Assembly (NCBI GenBank): GCA_905331295.1
Contig: CAJNYD010000070.1
Span: forward strand, 1 to 64,000
Length of the DNA: 64,000 nucleotides
Direction of reading: 5' to 3'
DNA from: Rotaria socialis
Taxonomy: Eukaryota
Positions 62,178 to 64,000 of the stretch are shown here, in pieces; the stretch's first letter is position 1, and each line of letters begins with the position of its first letter. A program made the position numbers and the translations under genes. Below the pieces are notes generated by a model, which searched no databases, had not been told where the DNA came from, and saw nothing but the letters and a program-made list of their open reading frames with translations.

Positions 62178-63633
62178 GTAATTATTTTCTTTAAAACCTA
62201 TTTCATCGATATATGCCGATAAGTCAATGTAATAATTATTAATAAAAAACTGAAAACTGAGCTGGAGAGACGCGGGCTTCTGATATGGGAGGGGGTTTAC
62301 AATGATTTTTACATTATTGAAATTATTCAACTAAAAAGTAATTGTAAAGTTGGTCAAAATTTGCTTTTTCGTAGAAAAAAATTCATTGAGAATGTTGAAT
62401 AAATATACTCAATTTACGGACATTTGACGTATGAGTATGAGTACGAGTACGAATGTAATTTTTGAAAACTTTTTGACAATGATGCTTTAAGATACGCATT
62501 TTTATACAATAATATGCTAGGAATTGTAGATGCGGAAGATGAAAGAGAGATAGCCGTAAAGATACAGTTTCATAAATAAATTAAGGGTGAAAATATTAAA
62601 AAAAATATATTTTAATTTTAGTCTTGGTTTATTCAGACGGATAAAGTCCTTTATCTGATCTTGCAGTTTTGGTTAACTCACATAAGTGGCCATTTAATTC
62701 ACAAGGAGAATAATGTTTCACCCTCATCGTTGAATAAGAATAATCTATCTGTTAGCTTAAGATTCAGCTCTTATTATATTTGATTTGGGTAAATAAATCA
62801 GGTTTTTCATTTCCTTTTTTTCTCAGAAATATTTCATCTGTTTTGATCCATTTTTGGAAAAAATACGAAATTCTTGTATTTTTTTAAATCTTTCTATTAC
62901 AAAATTAGTGAAAGCTAATTAGGTGAACGTAATAGATAGGACATTTTTTTCGATTCAACGATGTCGAACATTTTATCGCTATCCAGATCTTTTATATTTT
63001 TCACTGAAAACAAATAAAATTATATGATTAGAGAAATGGACGGATAATAAACGCTTCACACGCGTTCTAGAAAATTCTAGACACAAATCTCCGCCACGTC
63101 GTTCACTGTTTGTGTTTGAATGCAGTTATTCGTTTCTCTCGTCGTTTCGATTTATTCATTTCTCTTTTTCTCTCATCGCTCTATAACACATAAATATTAG
63201 GTGAAGCACAATTTTTTCCCTTTCAGTATTAGCCACTACGTATACGGCAGAAGTTATATTCGTAAACTTGATAACTGCGTTCATCTATTTTTATCGTACT
63301 TGAATTTTCATTGGTCTCAACTGGTTCATCGTTCAAATGGTATGCTATTTTTTCCGCTTCCTCTTCCGTTATAGCTCCCATTTCTGTATCATTATCCTTT
63401 GAGTAAGGATAAAAAAATTGGGATGGCGATAACGGAAGAGCCCAGACCGAACAGTACGGTCCGTATACGGCCGTTGACAGTTACTTTACGACTATTTTAC
63501 GGGCGAAAGTTTGCCGTAATATCTGGCGCAGTAATACGGACCGTATGATCATGAGAGTACGGAGCACAAACAGCCGTAAACCATGAAAATTCAGTCCCGT
63601 TTACGGTGTCGTATTACTGCGCCAGGTATTACG

Positions 63634-63733
63634 NNNNNNNNNNNNNNNNNNNNNNNNNNNNNNNNNNNNNNNNNNNNNNNNNNNNNNNNNNNNNNNNNNN
63701 NNNNNNNNNNNNNNNNNNNNNNNNNNNNNNNNN
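63634..63733. other. Assembly gap (100 N)
   Basis: Run of N; a single N also occurs at 4922. Confidence 1.
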
Positions 63734-64000
63734 CGCGAAGAGAAGGCGTGGGTATGGATGTTGGTAAGTCAGGATTATGAATCTGTTGTACTTAGTCACG
63801 CAAAAGAGCACACCCACACCCGGGGTGGAAAGTAATTCAGCCGTTGTTTAATATTCTGCTGTTAAAAAAGATAAAGAAATGTTTAGTTGTTGAAATAGAA
63901 AAATAAAATAACGTTAATCATGCAGGGAAATCAATTTCACCTCGTCGAAAATCAAATGCACTTTTTCTGAAGGATGCCTGATTTACCATAGAATCCTTAT

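Overview
AT-rich eukaryotic genomic DNA with short (about 50-90 nt) GT-AG introns. The gene content points to a bdelloid rotifer (inference): ART-TPR, NHL, ARM-TIR and orphan GPCR families, plus intron-bearing genes of bacterial type. Conserved genes are eIF4A, RPS13, importin-beta1, a bHLH-PAS factor, a quiver/Ly6 protein, an alpha-carbonic anhydrase, tRNA-Cys and an atypical intron-containing tRNA-Tyr. Accessory genes are a TetX-like monooxygenase with one in-frame stop, a secreted CYTH-like protein, two ADP-ribosyltransferase genes, two ARM-TIR-SAM paralogues, a MACPF gene and a DUF4062-NACHT gene ending in a PHF5-like zinc knot. There are also several pseudogene fragments and many non-autonomous DNA transposons. 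The most striking unexplained structure is a dispersed family of about 15 short (40-80 bp) hairpins whose arms are the bdelloid telomere repeat, arranged (TGTGGG)n-spacer-(CCCACA)n with no target-site duplication. There is also a minimal hammerhead ribozyme that lies 38 nt from a perfect (CACACC)4 tract once a later hAT insertion is removed. All calls were made by eye; no searches were run.
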